Below the pieces are notes generated by a model. It had not been told where the DNA came from. It saw only the letters and a list, made by a program, of their open reading frames with translations, and did no database searches. A stretch of DNA of 64,000 bases from an uncultured Solirubrobacterales bacterium (GTDB lineage Bacteria > Actinomycetota > Thermoleophilia > Solirubrobacterales > 70-9), in contig CAWFAI010000010.1 in NCBI GenBank assembly GCA_963813725.1, positions 97,217 to 161,216 of the forward strand, given 5' to 3'. Position numbers and translations under genes: made by a program. The stretch's first letter is position 1. The number at the start of each line of letters is the position of its first letter. Below, one piece after another: positions 1 through 8,779 of the stretch.

Positions 1-43
1 AACCGCTTGGTTCACGCCGCCCCGCTTCGCTATCAATGGCGGG

Positions 44-2557
44 GTGAGCGCCGAGAGCCATCCGGGAGGCCTGTCCGGCCGAGAGGCCGCCAAGCGCCTG
101 CAGAAGCTCGGGCCGGCCGAGGACACCGACAGCCGTTCGGTCGCGAGCATCGTCGCCGGAAACGTCTTCACGCTGTTCAACGCGATCATCGGCGTCTTCT
201 TCATCGTCATCCTGGGGCTGGGGCTGTTCGCCGATGCGCTGTTCGGCTTCATCGCGATCATCAACAGCTACATCGGCATCCGCCAGGAGCTGAAGGCGAA
301 GGAGACGCTGGAGAGCCTTGCGCTGCTGGTCGCGCCCCGGGCCAAAGCGATCCGCGACGGCGCCATCGTCGAGGTGCACGCGGACGAGGTGGTGCCCGGC
401 GACTTCGTGCGGGTCGAGCCCGGCGACCAGCTGGTAGCCGACGGCGAGGTGATCGAGAGCCGGGGGCTGACCCTGGACGAGTCGATGCTGACCGGCGAAG
501 CCGATGGCGTCCGCAAGCGGCCCGGCCAGAGGGCGCTGTCGGGATCTTTCGCGATCGCGGGCTCGGGCTACTACGAGGTGGATGCGGTCCGCGAGGACAG
601 CCACGCGGCCAAGGTCGCGGGCGAGGCTCGTCAGTTCCGCCATCCCCCCTCCCCGCTGCAGGAGGAGGTGAACCAGGTGCTGAAGGCCTGCACCTGGCTG
701 CTGATCCCGCTGGCGGCGATCCTGATCTTCGCCCTGATCGCCCGCGAGACCCCGCGCGACGAGGCCGCGCAGACCGCGACGGCCGGCCTCATCACCCTGA
801 TCCCGGAGGGGCTGGTGCTGCTGATGAGCGTCACCCTCGCCGTCGCCGCCGTCCGGCTGGCCCGGGTCAACACCCTGGTCCAGCAGATGGCGGCAACCGA
901 GTCGCTGGCGGCCGTGGACACGATCTGCGTGGACAAGACCGGCACGCTCACGACCGGCGAGCTGAGGCTGGTGGCGATCGAGGTCGCCGACGACTCCGAG
1001 AGCGCGACCGCGCAGAAGGCGCTGGCGCGCTTCGCCGCCAGCTCGGGCGAGCGCAACCGAACCCTCGAGGCCGTCGCCCAGCGGTTCCCCGGCAGCGCCG
1101 AGCGCGTCTCGGCCGAGGTGCCCTTCAGCTCGGAGTGGAAGTGGAGCGGGCTGACCCTGGGCGGCAGCCGCGGCGAGACCTTCGTGCTGGGAGCCCCGGA
1201 CATGATGATGGCCCGCGGCTCGCTGTCTCTGCCGGTGCCGCTGCTGAAGAGCCTGGAGGCGCACACCCGCTCGGGCCGCAGGGTGGTCGCCTTCGGCCGC
1301 GCCTCGGGCGGCCTGCCCTCGAACCCCGCTGCCGAGCCGATGCCGCCGATCACCCCCCTGGCGCTGATCGTGATGGAGGAAACGCTGCGGCCCGACGCGC
1401 GCGAGACGATCGAGTTCATGCGCTCGCAGCAGGTGGACCTGAAGCTGATCTCGGGGGACGCCCCTGAGACCGTGACGGCGGTCGCCTCGGCGGTCGGGGT
1501 GCCGGCCGGAGCGGGGGTCATCACCGGGGACCAGCTGCCGGGTGACCGCGGCTCGCTGGGCGAGGTGGCCGAGCGCAACACGATCTTCTGCCGCATCAGC
1601 CCCGAGCAGAAGAAGGGGCTGGTGTCGGCCCTGGCCGACCGCGGCCGCTTCACGGCGATGATCGGCGACGGCGTCAACGACGTGCCGGCGCTGAAGCGGG
1701 CGCGGATGGCCGTGGCGATGGGATCGGGCAGCCAGATCACCAAGGGAGTTGCGGACATCGTCTTGTTGGAGGACGAGTTCTCGCGGCTGCCACGCGCGGT
1801 CGCCGAAGGCCGGCGCATCGCCCGCAACATCCACCGCCTCGGCCGGCTCTACCTGACCAAGACGGTCTACGCGGCGGCGCTGATCCTGGTGGTCTCGGTG
1901 CCGGGCTTCGCCTTCCCCTTCCTGCCGCGCCACCTGACGATCGCCGCCTTCCTCACGATCGGGATCCCCTCCTTCGTGCTGGCGCTGGCGCCCAGCGACG
2001 GCCCGCTCTACCGCGGGCGGCTGCTGCGCGCGCTGGCGGCCTTCGCCGTCCCCGCGGGCGTCGCGATCGCGGTCGCCTCGCTGGCGAGCTTCTTCCTGGT
2101 GGACACCGTCTTCGGCGGCGGGCTGGAAGAGGGGCGGACCGCCGCGACGACGACGCTGGTCGTCCTCGGCCTCTGCTTCATCCTGCTGCTCGAGCGCGGG
2201 CCCGGCCGCGAGCACATCGCGATCCAGAGCTACATGCTGGCGCTGGTCGCGACGCTCGGCGCGCTCTACGCGCTGGCGCTGGCGGTCGAGCCGCTGCGCG
2301 AGTTCTTCGAGCTGACCCCGCTGGCGGGGGGCGAGCTGTTCCTGTCGCTGCTGTCGGCCGCGGGCGGCCTGGTGCTGGCGAGCGCGATCTGGAGGCTGCC
2401 CGCGATCGAGCGCCTGGAGCAGGAGGTCGAAGAGCAGTCCCCGCCGGACGAGGAGAGGACCGCGGCGGGACGGATGCCCGCGCCCACCACCGCCCGCGCG
2501 GCCAAGCAGGCGGCGGCGCGCGGAGCGGCGCAAACCGAGACCATGCCCGAGCAATGA
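44..2557 (+). CDS. Cation-transporting P-type ATPase (HAD-IC type)
   Basis: 837-aa ORF with GTG start. P-type motifs are present: LTGEA, DKTGTLT (Asp phosphorylation site) and GDGVNDVPAL. Multiple hydrophobic helices lie at the N- and C-terminal ends. The stop overlaps the next start (ATGA). Confidence 0.9.
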   Translation: MSAESHPGGLSGREAAKRLQKLGPAEDTDSRSVASIVAGNVFTLFNAIIGVFFIVILGLGLFADALFGFIAIINSYIGIRQELKAKETLESLALLVAPRAKAIRDGAIVEVHADEVVPGDFVRVEPGDQLVADGEVIESRGLTLDESMLTGEADGVRKRPGQRALSGSFAIAGSGYYEVDAVREDSHAAKVAGEARQFRHPPSPLQEEVNQVLKACTWLLIPLAAILIFALIARETPRDEAAQTATAGLITLIPEGLVLLMSVTLAVAAVRLARVNTLVQQMAATESLAAVDTICVDKTGTLTTGELRLVAIEVADDSESATAQKALARFAASSGERNRTLEAVAQRFPGSAERVSAEVPFSSEWKWSGLTLGGSRGETFVLGAPDMMMARGSLSLPVPLLKSLEAHTRSGRRVVAFGRASGGLPSNPAAEPMPPITPLALIVMEETLRPDARETIEFMRSQQVDLKLISGDAPETVTAVASAVGVPAGAGVITGDQLPGDRGSLGEVAERNTIFCRISPEQKKGLVSALADRGRFTAMIGDGVNDVPALKRARMAVAMGSGSQITKGVADIVLLEDEFSRLPRAVAEGRRIARNIHRLGRLYLTKTVYAAALILVVSVPGFAFPFLPRHLTIAAFLTIGIPSFVLALAPSDGPLYRGRLLRALAAFAVPAGVAIAVASLASFFLVDTVFGGGLEEGRTAATTTLVVLGLCFILLLERGPGREHIAIQSYMLALVATLGALYALALAVEPLREFFELTPLAGGELFLSLLSAAGGLVLASAIWRLPAIERLEQEVEEQSPPDEERTAAGRMPAPTTARAAKQAAARGAAQTETMPEQ

Positions 2558-3198
2558 GCACCGCGGTCATCTTCGACATCGACGGCACCCTGGTGGACAG
2601 CAACTACCAGCACGCCCTGGCCTGGTACCGCGCCTTCCGCCAACACGACGTGGTTCTGCCCCTGTGGCGCATCCACCGCGCGATCGGAATGGGCGGCGAC
2701 AAGCTGATCGAGGCGCTCGCGGGCGCGGACGTCGAGCGCGAGAAGGGGGACGACGTCCGCTCGGCGGAGGGCCCGCTGTACAAGGAGATGATCGACGAGG
2801 TGGAGCCCTTCGAGGGAGCCCGGGAGCTGCTGGCCGAGCTGGCCGACGCCGGCCGCACCGTGATCCTCTCCTCCTCGGCCAAGGAGGACGAGGTCGAGCA
2901 CTACGTTGACCTGCTGGGCGCGCGCGAGGGCGTCGCGGGCTGGACGAGCTCGGGCGACGTCGAGCAGACCAAGCCCGATGCCGACCTGGTGGAGGTGGCC
3001 CTGGAGAAGGCCGGGACGCGCGAGGCGGTGATGGTGGGCGACTCGGTCTGGGACGCCGAGGCCGCGAAGCGAGCCGGGATCGCCACCGTGGGGGTGGTCA
3101 GCGGCGGCACCTCGGCGCCCGAGCTGCGCGCCGCCGGCGCGGCCGAGGTGCTCGAGTCGGTGGCTGAGCTGCGCGAGCGGCCGGAGCTGCTGGCATGA
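2554..3198 (+). CDS. HAD family hydrolase/phosphatase
   Basis: 214 aa. HAD motif I (FDIDGTLVDS) sits at the N-terminus and motif IV (GDSVWD) near the C-terminus. ATGA overlaps occur with both neighbours. Confidence 0.85.
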   Translation: MSTAVIFDIDGTLVDSNYQHALAWYRAFRQHDVVLPLWRIHRAIGMGGDKLIEALAGADVEREKGDDVRSAEGPLYKEMIDEVEPFEGARELLAELADAGRTVILSSSAKEDEVEHYVDLLGAREGVAGWTSSGDVEQTKPDADLVEVALEKAGTREAVMVGDSVWDAEAAKRAGIATVGVVSGGTSAPELRAAGAAEVLESVAELRERPELLA

Positions 3199-4656
3199 GC
3201 GCCGCCGCGAGCACACCGGATAGCGGCCCTCGCCGCACCAAGATCGTCGCCACGGTCGGGCCCGCCAGCCGCGAGCCGGCCGTGCTGCGCGAGCTGATCG
3301 AGGCGGGCGTGGACTTCTTCCGGCTCAACTTCAGCCACGGCAGCGCCCCGGAGCACGCCGAGAACGTGACCAGGATCCGCGAGGCCTCGAAGGAGCTGGG
3401 CGTCGAGATCGGGGTCATGGGCGACCTGCCCGGGCCGAAGCTGCGGCTGGGCGACCTGGAGGACGGCGTCGCGGTGCTGCACTCCGGCTCGACGGCCACG
3501 CTGCACGGCCAGGGAGACGGCGGCCCGCCCGGCAACGCCGAGCGCCTGCCGGTGCAGTGGGAGGGCATCGCCGCCGCCGTGCAGCCCGGCGATCCGATCT
3601 TCCTCGCCGACGGCCGGGTCCGGCTGCGGGTCACGGGCGTCGAGGGTGACGAGATCAGCGTCGAGGTCGAGGCGGGCGGTGCGGTCAGCTCCCACCAGGG
3701 CGTGAACCTGCCCGGGGCGGACGCCGACCTGCCCGAGTCGGGCGCCGAGGACGCAGCCTGGATCGACTTCGCATGCGAGAACGGGATCGACCTGCTCGCG
3801 GTCTCCTTCGTGCGCCGCCCCAGCGACCTCGAGCAAGCGTCCGCGCAGACGATCCGGCAGCGAGGCGCCGACATCCCGTTGATCGCCAAGATCGAGAAGC
3901 CCCAGGCGGCCGCGCGCGCCGAGGAGATCATCGAGGCCGCCGAGAGCGGGATCATGGTCGCGCGCGGCGACCTGGGGGTCGAGCTTCCGATCGAGGAGGT
4001 GCCCGAGGCCCAGAAGCGGCTGATCTCGCTGGCCGGCAGGGCATCGAAGCCCGCGATCACCGCGACGCAGATGCTGGCGACGATGGTGAAGGCGAGCCGC
4101 CCCACCCGCGCCGAGGTGACCGACGTCGCCAACGCGATCTTCGACGGCACCGACGCGGTGATGCTCTCCGAGGAGACCGCCGTCGGCGAGCACGTCGTCG
4201 AGGCCGTTCGGGTGATGGACCGGGTCGCGCGCGCCGCCGAGCGCCAGCTCCCCTACGGCGAGTGGCTCTACAACCGCGTCGAGGAGGGCGAGCGCGACGT
4301 CGCCGAGACGGTCGCGCAGGTGGCGGTCGCCGCCACCTACCGGCTCGACCTGGCGGCGATCGTGGTCCCGACCGGCTCCGGGCGAACGCCGCGCCTGATC
4401 TCGGCCTTTCGCCCGCGGGTGCCGGTGCTCGCGGTCTCCTCGCGGATCGAGACCGTGCGGCGCATGAACCTGCTGTTCGGCGTCCGCGCCGTGCAGGCCG
4501 AGCCCTGGGAGAGCCTGCGACAGCTGCTCGACGACTGCGCCGCGCTGGCCCGCGACGGCGGGCCACGCGAAGCCCGGCGACCTGATCGCCGTCACCGCGG
4601 GCCTCCCCAGCCAGGAGCTGGGAACGAACCTTTTCGAGGTCCACCGGGTTCCATAG
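3195..4656 (+). pseudogene. pyk: Pyruvate kinase, frameshifted near the C-terminus (probable 1-nt insertion)
   Basis: Pyruvate kinase motifs RRTKIVATVGPAS, FRLNFSHGS and MVARGDLGVE are present. The frame starting at 3195 turns into R/P-rich text after ..ALARDGG. The +1 frame reads ..KPGDLIAVTAGLPSQELGTNLFEVHRVP then TAG at 4654-4656. One extra G in the run 4560-4562 explains this. (1462-1) nt is a multiple of 3. Confidence 0.9.
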
Positions 4657-4734
4657 CCCGTGGACGCCGGCGCCGCCCCCTTGAAGATGTTGACTTTGCC
4701 CCAACATCGCCCCGCCCTGCGCTATAAAGAGGGC

Positions 4735-6356
4735 GTGGCGAAGGAGAGCACGGGAGAGGAAGAGGAGCTGGAGGGTCCTACTCGCCCTCGCGGCGGGCAT
4801 CTGCGCGCTCGCGCTGGCGCCCGCGGGGGCCGCGGCCGCCGACCCCGTCAAGGGCTGCACCCAGACGAGCGGCGGCGATCCTGACCTCGTGGAGACGGAG
4901 TGGACCTGCTACTCGGATCCGACCAGCGTCTCCGGATACGAGGTGAAGCGCGGGGTCGTTGACATTCCCAAGCCCGCGGGCCTCGAGGGCAACATCACCC
5001 GCATGGAGGTCGACGTCGCCGACGGCAACGGCCCGGTGCCGATCAGCCGCCTGATGCTGCACCACATCGTCTTCTTCAACGCCGGACCCGGCAAGAACGA
5101 CTCCGCCTGCGGCGGCAATGAGCGCTTCTACGGCGCCGGCGAGGAGCGCCTGAAGATGAGCTTCCCCGACGGCTACGGGTACAAGCTCGACACCACCGAC
5201 AACTGGTACGCCGTCTACATGTACATGAACCACCGCGCCCAGACCGACAAGGGCTGGATCAAGTACTCGTTCACCGTCGATCCCGGACCCGCTGATCCGC
5301 TCGACGCGCTCCTACTGGCTCGACGTCGGCAACTGCGCCTTCGACCCGATCTACAACGTGCCCGGGGTCGAGCAGCCCCAGCTTCCCAACTGCTCGAAGC
5401 TCCGCAAGGCCGCGAAGAGGAAGGACACCAAGAAGGCCAGGCGCAAGGCCAAGAGCTGCGAGAAGAAGGCCAAGACCATCCGCGCCGCGATGCCGACCGA
5501 GGCGAGCCACGTCAACAGCAAGGACGTCAAGTCCAAGCACGACGGCTGGATCGTCACGGGCGCGGGCCACGTCCACGGCGGCGCCAAGGAGCTGAACCTG
5601 ACCAAGCCGACGTGCCCGGGCAACCCCGAGGTCGCCGAGTCGATTCCCACCTGGGGCAACCCCGACCACGCCTTCTACAACGTGAAGCCGATCCTGCACG
5701 AGCCCGGCCCGGTCGGCATGAGCGCCTTCCGGGCCCCCGATGCGACCGCGGATCCCAACGACATCCCAGGTATCCCGGTGGCCAACAACCAGACCATTCG
5801 GCTCAACTCGGTCTATGACGACCTGCAGCCCCACACCCGGGTGATGGGCATCTACGTCGTCTACGTGGCGCCGCGCCTGGGGAGCGACCCGCCGATCGAC
5901 CAGTGCGGCGGCCCACCCCCCGGCACCTTGGTCGGGCCCGGCACCGACGTCCCCGGCCGCCCCGGGCCCGTGCCCTTCAAGGTCCCGCTGACCGGCCTGG
6001 ACTCGAACCTGAACGCGATCGAGATCGACGGGCCGCCAGGCGACTTCAAGACCCTTTCCAGCGGCGCGACGATCACGGTCGGCGACCGCTTCTTCAGCGA
6101 GCCGAACGTGAAGATCACGCCCGGCACCACCCTCAACTACTCCTTCACCGGCAACGAGCAGCACAACCTGACGCTGGCCAACGGCCCGCTCGGGATCGGC
6201 TCGCCCGACGCCAACGACGGCTACGTCTACAGCCAGAAGTTCGACCGCCCCGGCACCTATCGCTTCTTCTGCGGCCTCCACCCCGTGCAGATGACCGAGC
6301 GGGTCGTGGTCGAGAACCCCAAGAAGAAGAAAAAGAAGAAGAAGCAGAAGAAGTAG
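4735..6356 (+). pseudogene. Secreted two-domain His/Met (PHM/MtN19-like?) protein fused to a C-terminal cupredoxin; frameshifted
   Basis: This joins tracked ORFs 4889..5818 and 5358..6356 across a frame change near 5285 (..KYSFTVDP / DPLIRSTRSYWLDVGNC..). A Sec-type signal (RRARERKRSWRVLLALAAGICALALAPAGAAAADP) is open in frame upstream of 4889 but has no ATG/GTG/TTG. GTG 4735 in the neighbouring frame would supply the start if one A near 4741 is spurious. The C-terminus shows a type-1 copper pattern: QHNL ... FFCGLHPVQM. The tail is KKKKKKKKQKK. Confidence 0.6.
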
Positions 6357-6401
6357 CGGCGCCGGCTGCGATAGCCGCGGCCAGGTCGCTTTACTAGGGG
6401 C

Positions 6402-7322
6402 ATGACCTCGTCAGGCCTCGACGGCGCCCGCGCGCCCGCGATCTCGATCAGCGGCGCCGTCAAGCGCTTCGGCGAGATCACCGCGGTGGACGGGCTCGAC
6501 CTCGATGTCCCCCAGGGCATCTGCCTCGGCCTGCTGGGCCCGAACGGCGCCGGCAAGTCGACGACGATGCGGATGCTGACCGGGCAGGTGATCGCCAACG
6601 AGGGCGAGATCCGCGTCTTCGAGCACGTGCTGCCGGGCGACTCGAAGCAGGCGCGGGCCCGGATGGGGGTGGTCCCCCAGCTCGACAACCTCGACGTGGA
6701 CGTCACCGTCGAGGACAACCTCGCCGTCTATTCGCGCCTGTACCGGGTCAAGGACGTGCGCGAGGCCGTCGATCGCGGGCTTGCCCTGGCGCGGCTGACC
6801 GAGCGCCGCCGCGAGGAGGTCGACAAGCTCTCGGGCGGCATGCGCCGCCGCCTGCTGCTGGCCCGCGGCCTGGTCCACGAGCCCGAGCTGCTGCTGCTGG
6901 ACGAGCCGACCGTGGGCCTGGACCCCCAGATCCGCACCGAGCTGTGGTCGCTGATCGACAGCCTGCGCTCGCGCGGCAAGACGATCCTGATGTCGACCCA
7001 CTACATCGAGGAGGCCGAGCGCCTGGCCGACGAGGTCGCCGTCATGCACCACGGCAAGGTGATCGCTCGCGCCACCCCCGCCCAGCTGATCGCCGAGCAC
7101 GCCGGGCGCGAAACCGCCGAGCTCTATGGGCCTCCGGACCGGCTGGCCGAGGCGCGGGCGCTCGCAGAGAGCGAAGGACTCACGGTCCGTCCCGCCGGTC
7201 CCGCGATCGCGATCGTCGGCTCCGAGAACGCGACCAACGGCGCCGTGCCCGACGACGCGATCCGTCGCGCCGCCACGCTGGAGGACGTGTTCGTGATCCT
7301 CACGGGCGAGGAGGCCGAGTGA
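6402..7322 (+). CDS. ABC transporter ATP-binding protein (DrrA/NodI-like, ABC-2 exporter type)
   Basis: 306 aa with Walker A GPNGAGKST, signature LSGGMRRR and Walker B LLLLDEPT. Confidence 0.9.
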   Translation: MTSSGLDGARAPAISISGAVKRFGEITAVDGLDLDVPQGICLGLLGPNGAGKSTTMRMLTGQVIANEGEIRVFEHVLPGDSKQARARMGVVPQLDNLDVDVTVEDNLAVYSRLYRVKDVREAVDRGLALARLTERRREEVDKLSGGMRRRLLLARGLVHEPELLLLDEPTVGLDPQIRTELWSLIDSLRSRGKTILMSTHYIEEAERLADEVAVMHHGKVIARATPAQLIAEHAGRETAELYGPPDRLAEARALAESEGLTVRPAGPAIAIVGSENATNGAVPDDAIRRAATLEDVFVILTGEEAE

Positions 7323-7335
7323 TCAGCCTCCGTAT

Positions 7336-8151
7336 ATGGGTATGGGCGGCGTGATGGAGGCCGCAACCACCCCCACCAAGCGCATGGGACGGCTCGAGCC
7401 CGCCGCGATCGCGGGCGTCATGAGCCGCGAGGCGGCCAACTTCCGCACCTACTGGAAGGGCACCGCCTTCAGCAGCATCCTCGAGCCGATCGTCTATCTG
7501 CTCGCCTTCGGGGTCGGCCTCGGGGCGACCCTGATCGACGGCGTCGACGGCCTCAGCTACGTCGAGTTCGTCGCGACCGGCATGGTCGCGACCGCGGTGA
7601 TCTTCTCCAGCGCGCTGCCGGCGATGTTCGGCACCTTCGTCAAGGAGCGCTTCCAGAACACCTACGACGCGATCCTCGCCGCCCCGGTGGATGTCGAGGA
7701 GCTGGTCACGGCCGAGATGCTGTGGATCGGCATCCGGGCAGGCTTCTTCGGCTGCTTCCCGCTGCTGGTGGGCATCGGCTTCGGGCTGACCCCGAAGCCG
7801 GCGATGCTGCTGGTTCCGATCTTCGCCTTTTTCACGGCGCTTGGCTTCGCCGCCTTCGGCATCTCGGTCGCCGCCAGCGTGGCCAAGATCGACCAGTTCA
7901 ACTACGTGACGACGCTGGTGATCACCCCCCTGTTCCTGGTCGCCGGCACCTTCTTCCCGATCGACCAGCTGCCCGAGGGACTGCAGGTCGCGGCCAACCT
8001 CAACCCGCTGTACCAGTTGGTCGAGCTGGTCCGCGGCTCGGCCTTCGGCTTCGAGGCTGTGGACGCCCTGCGCTTCGCGAGCCTGATCGCCTTCGCCCTG
8101 GTGCTGTGGCGGATCGCGGTCAGCCGCATGACCAAGCGCCTGATCGACTGA
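7336..8151 (+). CDS. ABC-2 type transporter permease (NodJ/DrrB-like)
   Basis: 271 aa with about 6 hydrophobic helices. It lies directly downstream of the ATPase. The N-terminal SREAANFRTYWKG is typical of ABC-2 permeases. Confidence 0.85.
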   Translation: MGMGGVMEAATTPTKRMGRLEPAAIAGVMSREAANFRTYWKGTAFSSILEPIVYLLAFGVGLGATLIDGVDGLSYVEFVATGMVATAVIFSSALPAMFGTFVKERFQNTYDAILAAPVDVEELVTAEMLWIGIRAGFFGCFPLLVGIGFGLTPKPAMLLVPIFAFFTALGFAAFGISVAASVAKIDQFNYVTTLVITPLFLVAGTFFPIDQLPEGLQVAANLNPLYQLVELVRGSAFGFEAVDALRFASLIAFALVLWRIAVSRMTKRLID

Positions 8152-8171
8152 TGGGCGTCTGACGATGGTGG

Positions 8172-8723
8172 GTGCCTGAGGTGAGTCGCTACGCAGCCTT
8201 CCTGCGCGCGGTCAATTTGGGCAGCGCCCGCAAGGCGCCGAGCGCGAAGCTGGTCTCGGCCTTCGAGGAGGCCGGGTTTGAGGACGTCGCGACCTTCCGC
8301 ACCAGCGGCAACGTCGCCTTCAGCGCACCGGGCCGGACCGCCAAGGCGAAGCTGGTCGAGGCGATCGAGGCCGGCCTGCGGAAGGAGCTCGGGTTCGAGG
8401 TCCCGGTGTTCCTGCGGACGGAGTCAGAGGTCGATGCGATCGCCTCCGAGCGTCCCTTCCCCGCGAGGGCGGTCGAGGCCTCGAAGGGGAAGCTCCAGGT
8501 GGCCCTGCTGCTCGAGGCGCCTTCGGCCGCGGCCAAGAAGCGGGTGATGTCGCTGGCGAGCGAGCAGGACCGGCTCACGGTCAAGGGCACCGAGCTCTAC
8601 TGGTTGCCCAGCGGCGGCACCCAGAAGTCCGCGCTGAACATGAAGGCCATCGACAGCGCGGTCGGCCCCAACACCCTGCGGACCCAGGGGACGATCGAGC
8701 AGATGGCCGCGAAGCTCCTCTAG
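8172..8723 (+). CDS. DUF1697 domain-containing protein
   Basis: 183 aa. RYAAFLRAVNLGSARKAPSAKLVSAFEEAGFEDVATFRTSGNVAF matches the conserved DUF1697 N-terminus. The start could instead be GTG 8181. Confidence 0.8.
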   Translation: MPEVSRYAAFLRAVNLGSARKAPSAKLVSAFEEAGFEDVATFRTSGNVAFSAPGRTAKAKLVEAIEAGLRKELGFEVPVFLRTESEVDAIASERPFPARAVEASKGKLQVALLLEAPSAAAKKRVMSLASEQDRLTVKGTELYWLPSGGTQKSALNMKAIDSAVGPNTLRTQGTIEQMAAKLL

Positions 8724-8779
8724 CGGCCGAAGTCCCCGACCTCCCTGGGGACGTTCGGCCTAGCGGCCGAAGTCCCCGA
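8721..8779. repeat. 19-nt perfect direct repeat tagcggccgaagtccccga (8721-8739 and 8761-8779)
   Basis: Read directly. Copy 2 is the 3' end plus stop of the minus-strand crotonase gene. Copy 1 begins with the stop codon of the plus-strand DUF1697 gene. Confidence 0.9.
8725..8760. terminator. Intergenic GC-rich hairpin between convergent genes
   Basis: ggccgaagtcccc (8725-8737) pairs with ggggacgttcggcc (8747-8760): 13 bp with one bulged G and a 9-nt loop. There is no U-tract, so function as a terminator is inferred only. Confidence 0.4.

Noticed and set aside
2901-4595. 564-aa minus-strand ORF opposite pyruvate kinase, with similar long ORFs at 18207..20045, 32613..34067, 41274..42551, 43822..45111, 54235..55458 and 61031..62755
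   Set aside because: All are antisense or off-frame to ORFs with clear family motifs. All have Arg/Gly/Pro/Ala-dominated sequences and lack GC3 skew consistent with coding.
4660-4884. 74-aa ORF (MDAGAAPLKMLTLPQHRP..) between pyk and the copper protein
   Set aside because: It is out of frame with the obvious signal peptide that occupies the same DNA. Only its GTG at 4735 is likely to be meaningful, as the true start of the copper protein after a 1-nt correction.
6402-8151. NodI/NodJ-like exporter next to a 'Nod19-like' protein as evidence for a nodulation-type system
   Set aside because: This is a name coincidence. ABC-2 exporters of this type are ubiquitous, and no nod biosynthetic genes are present.
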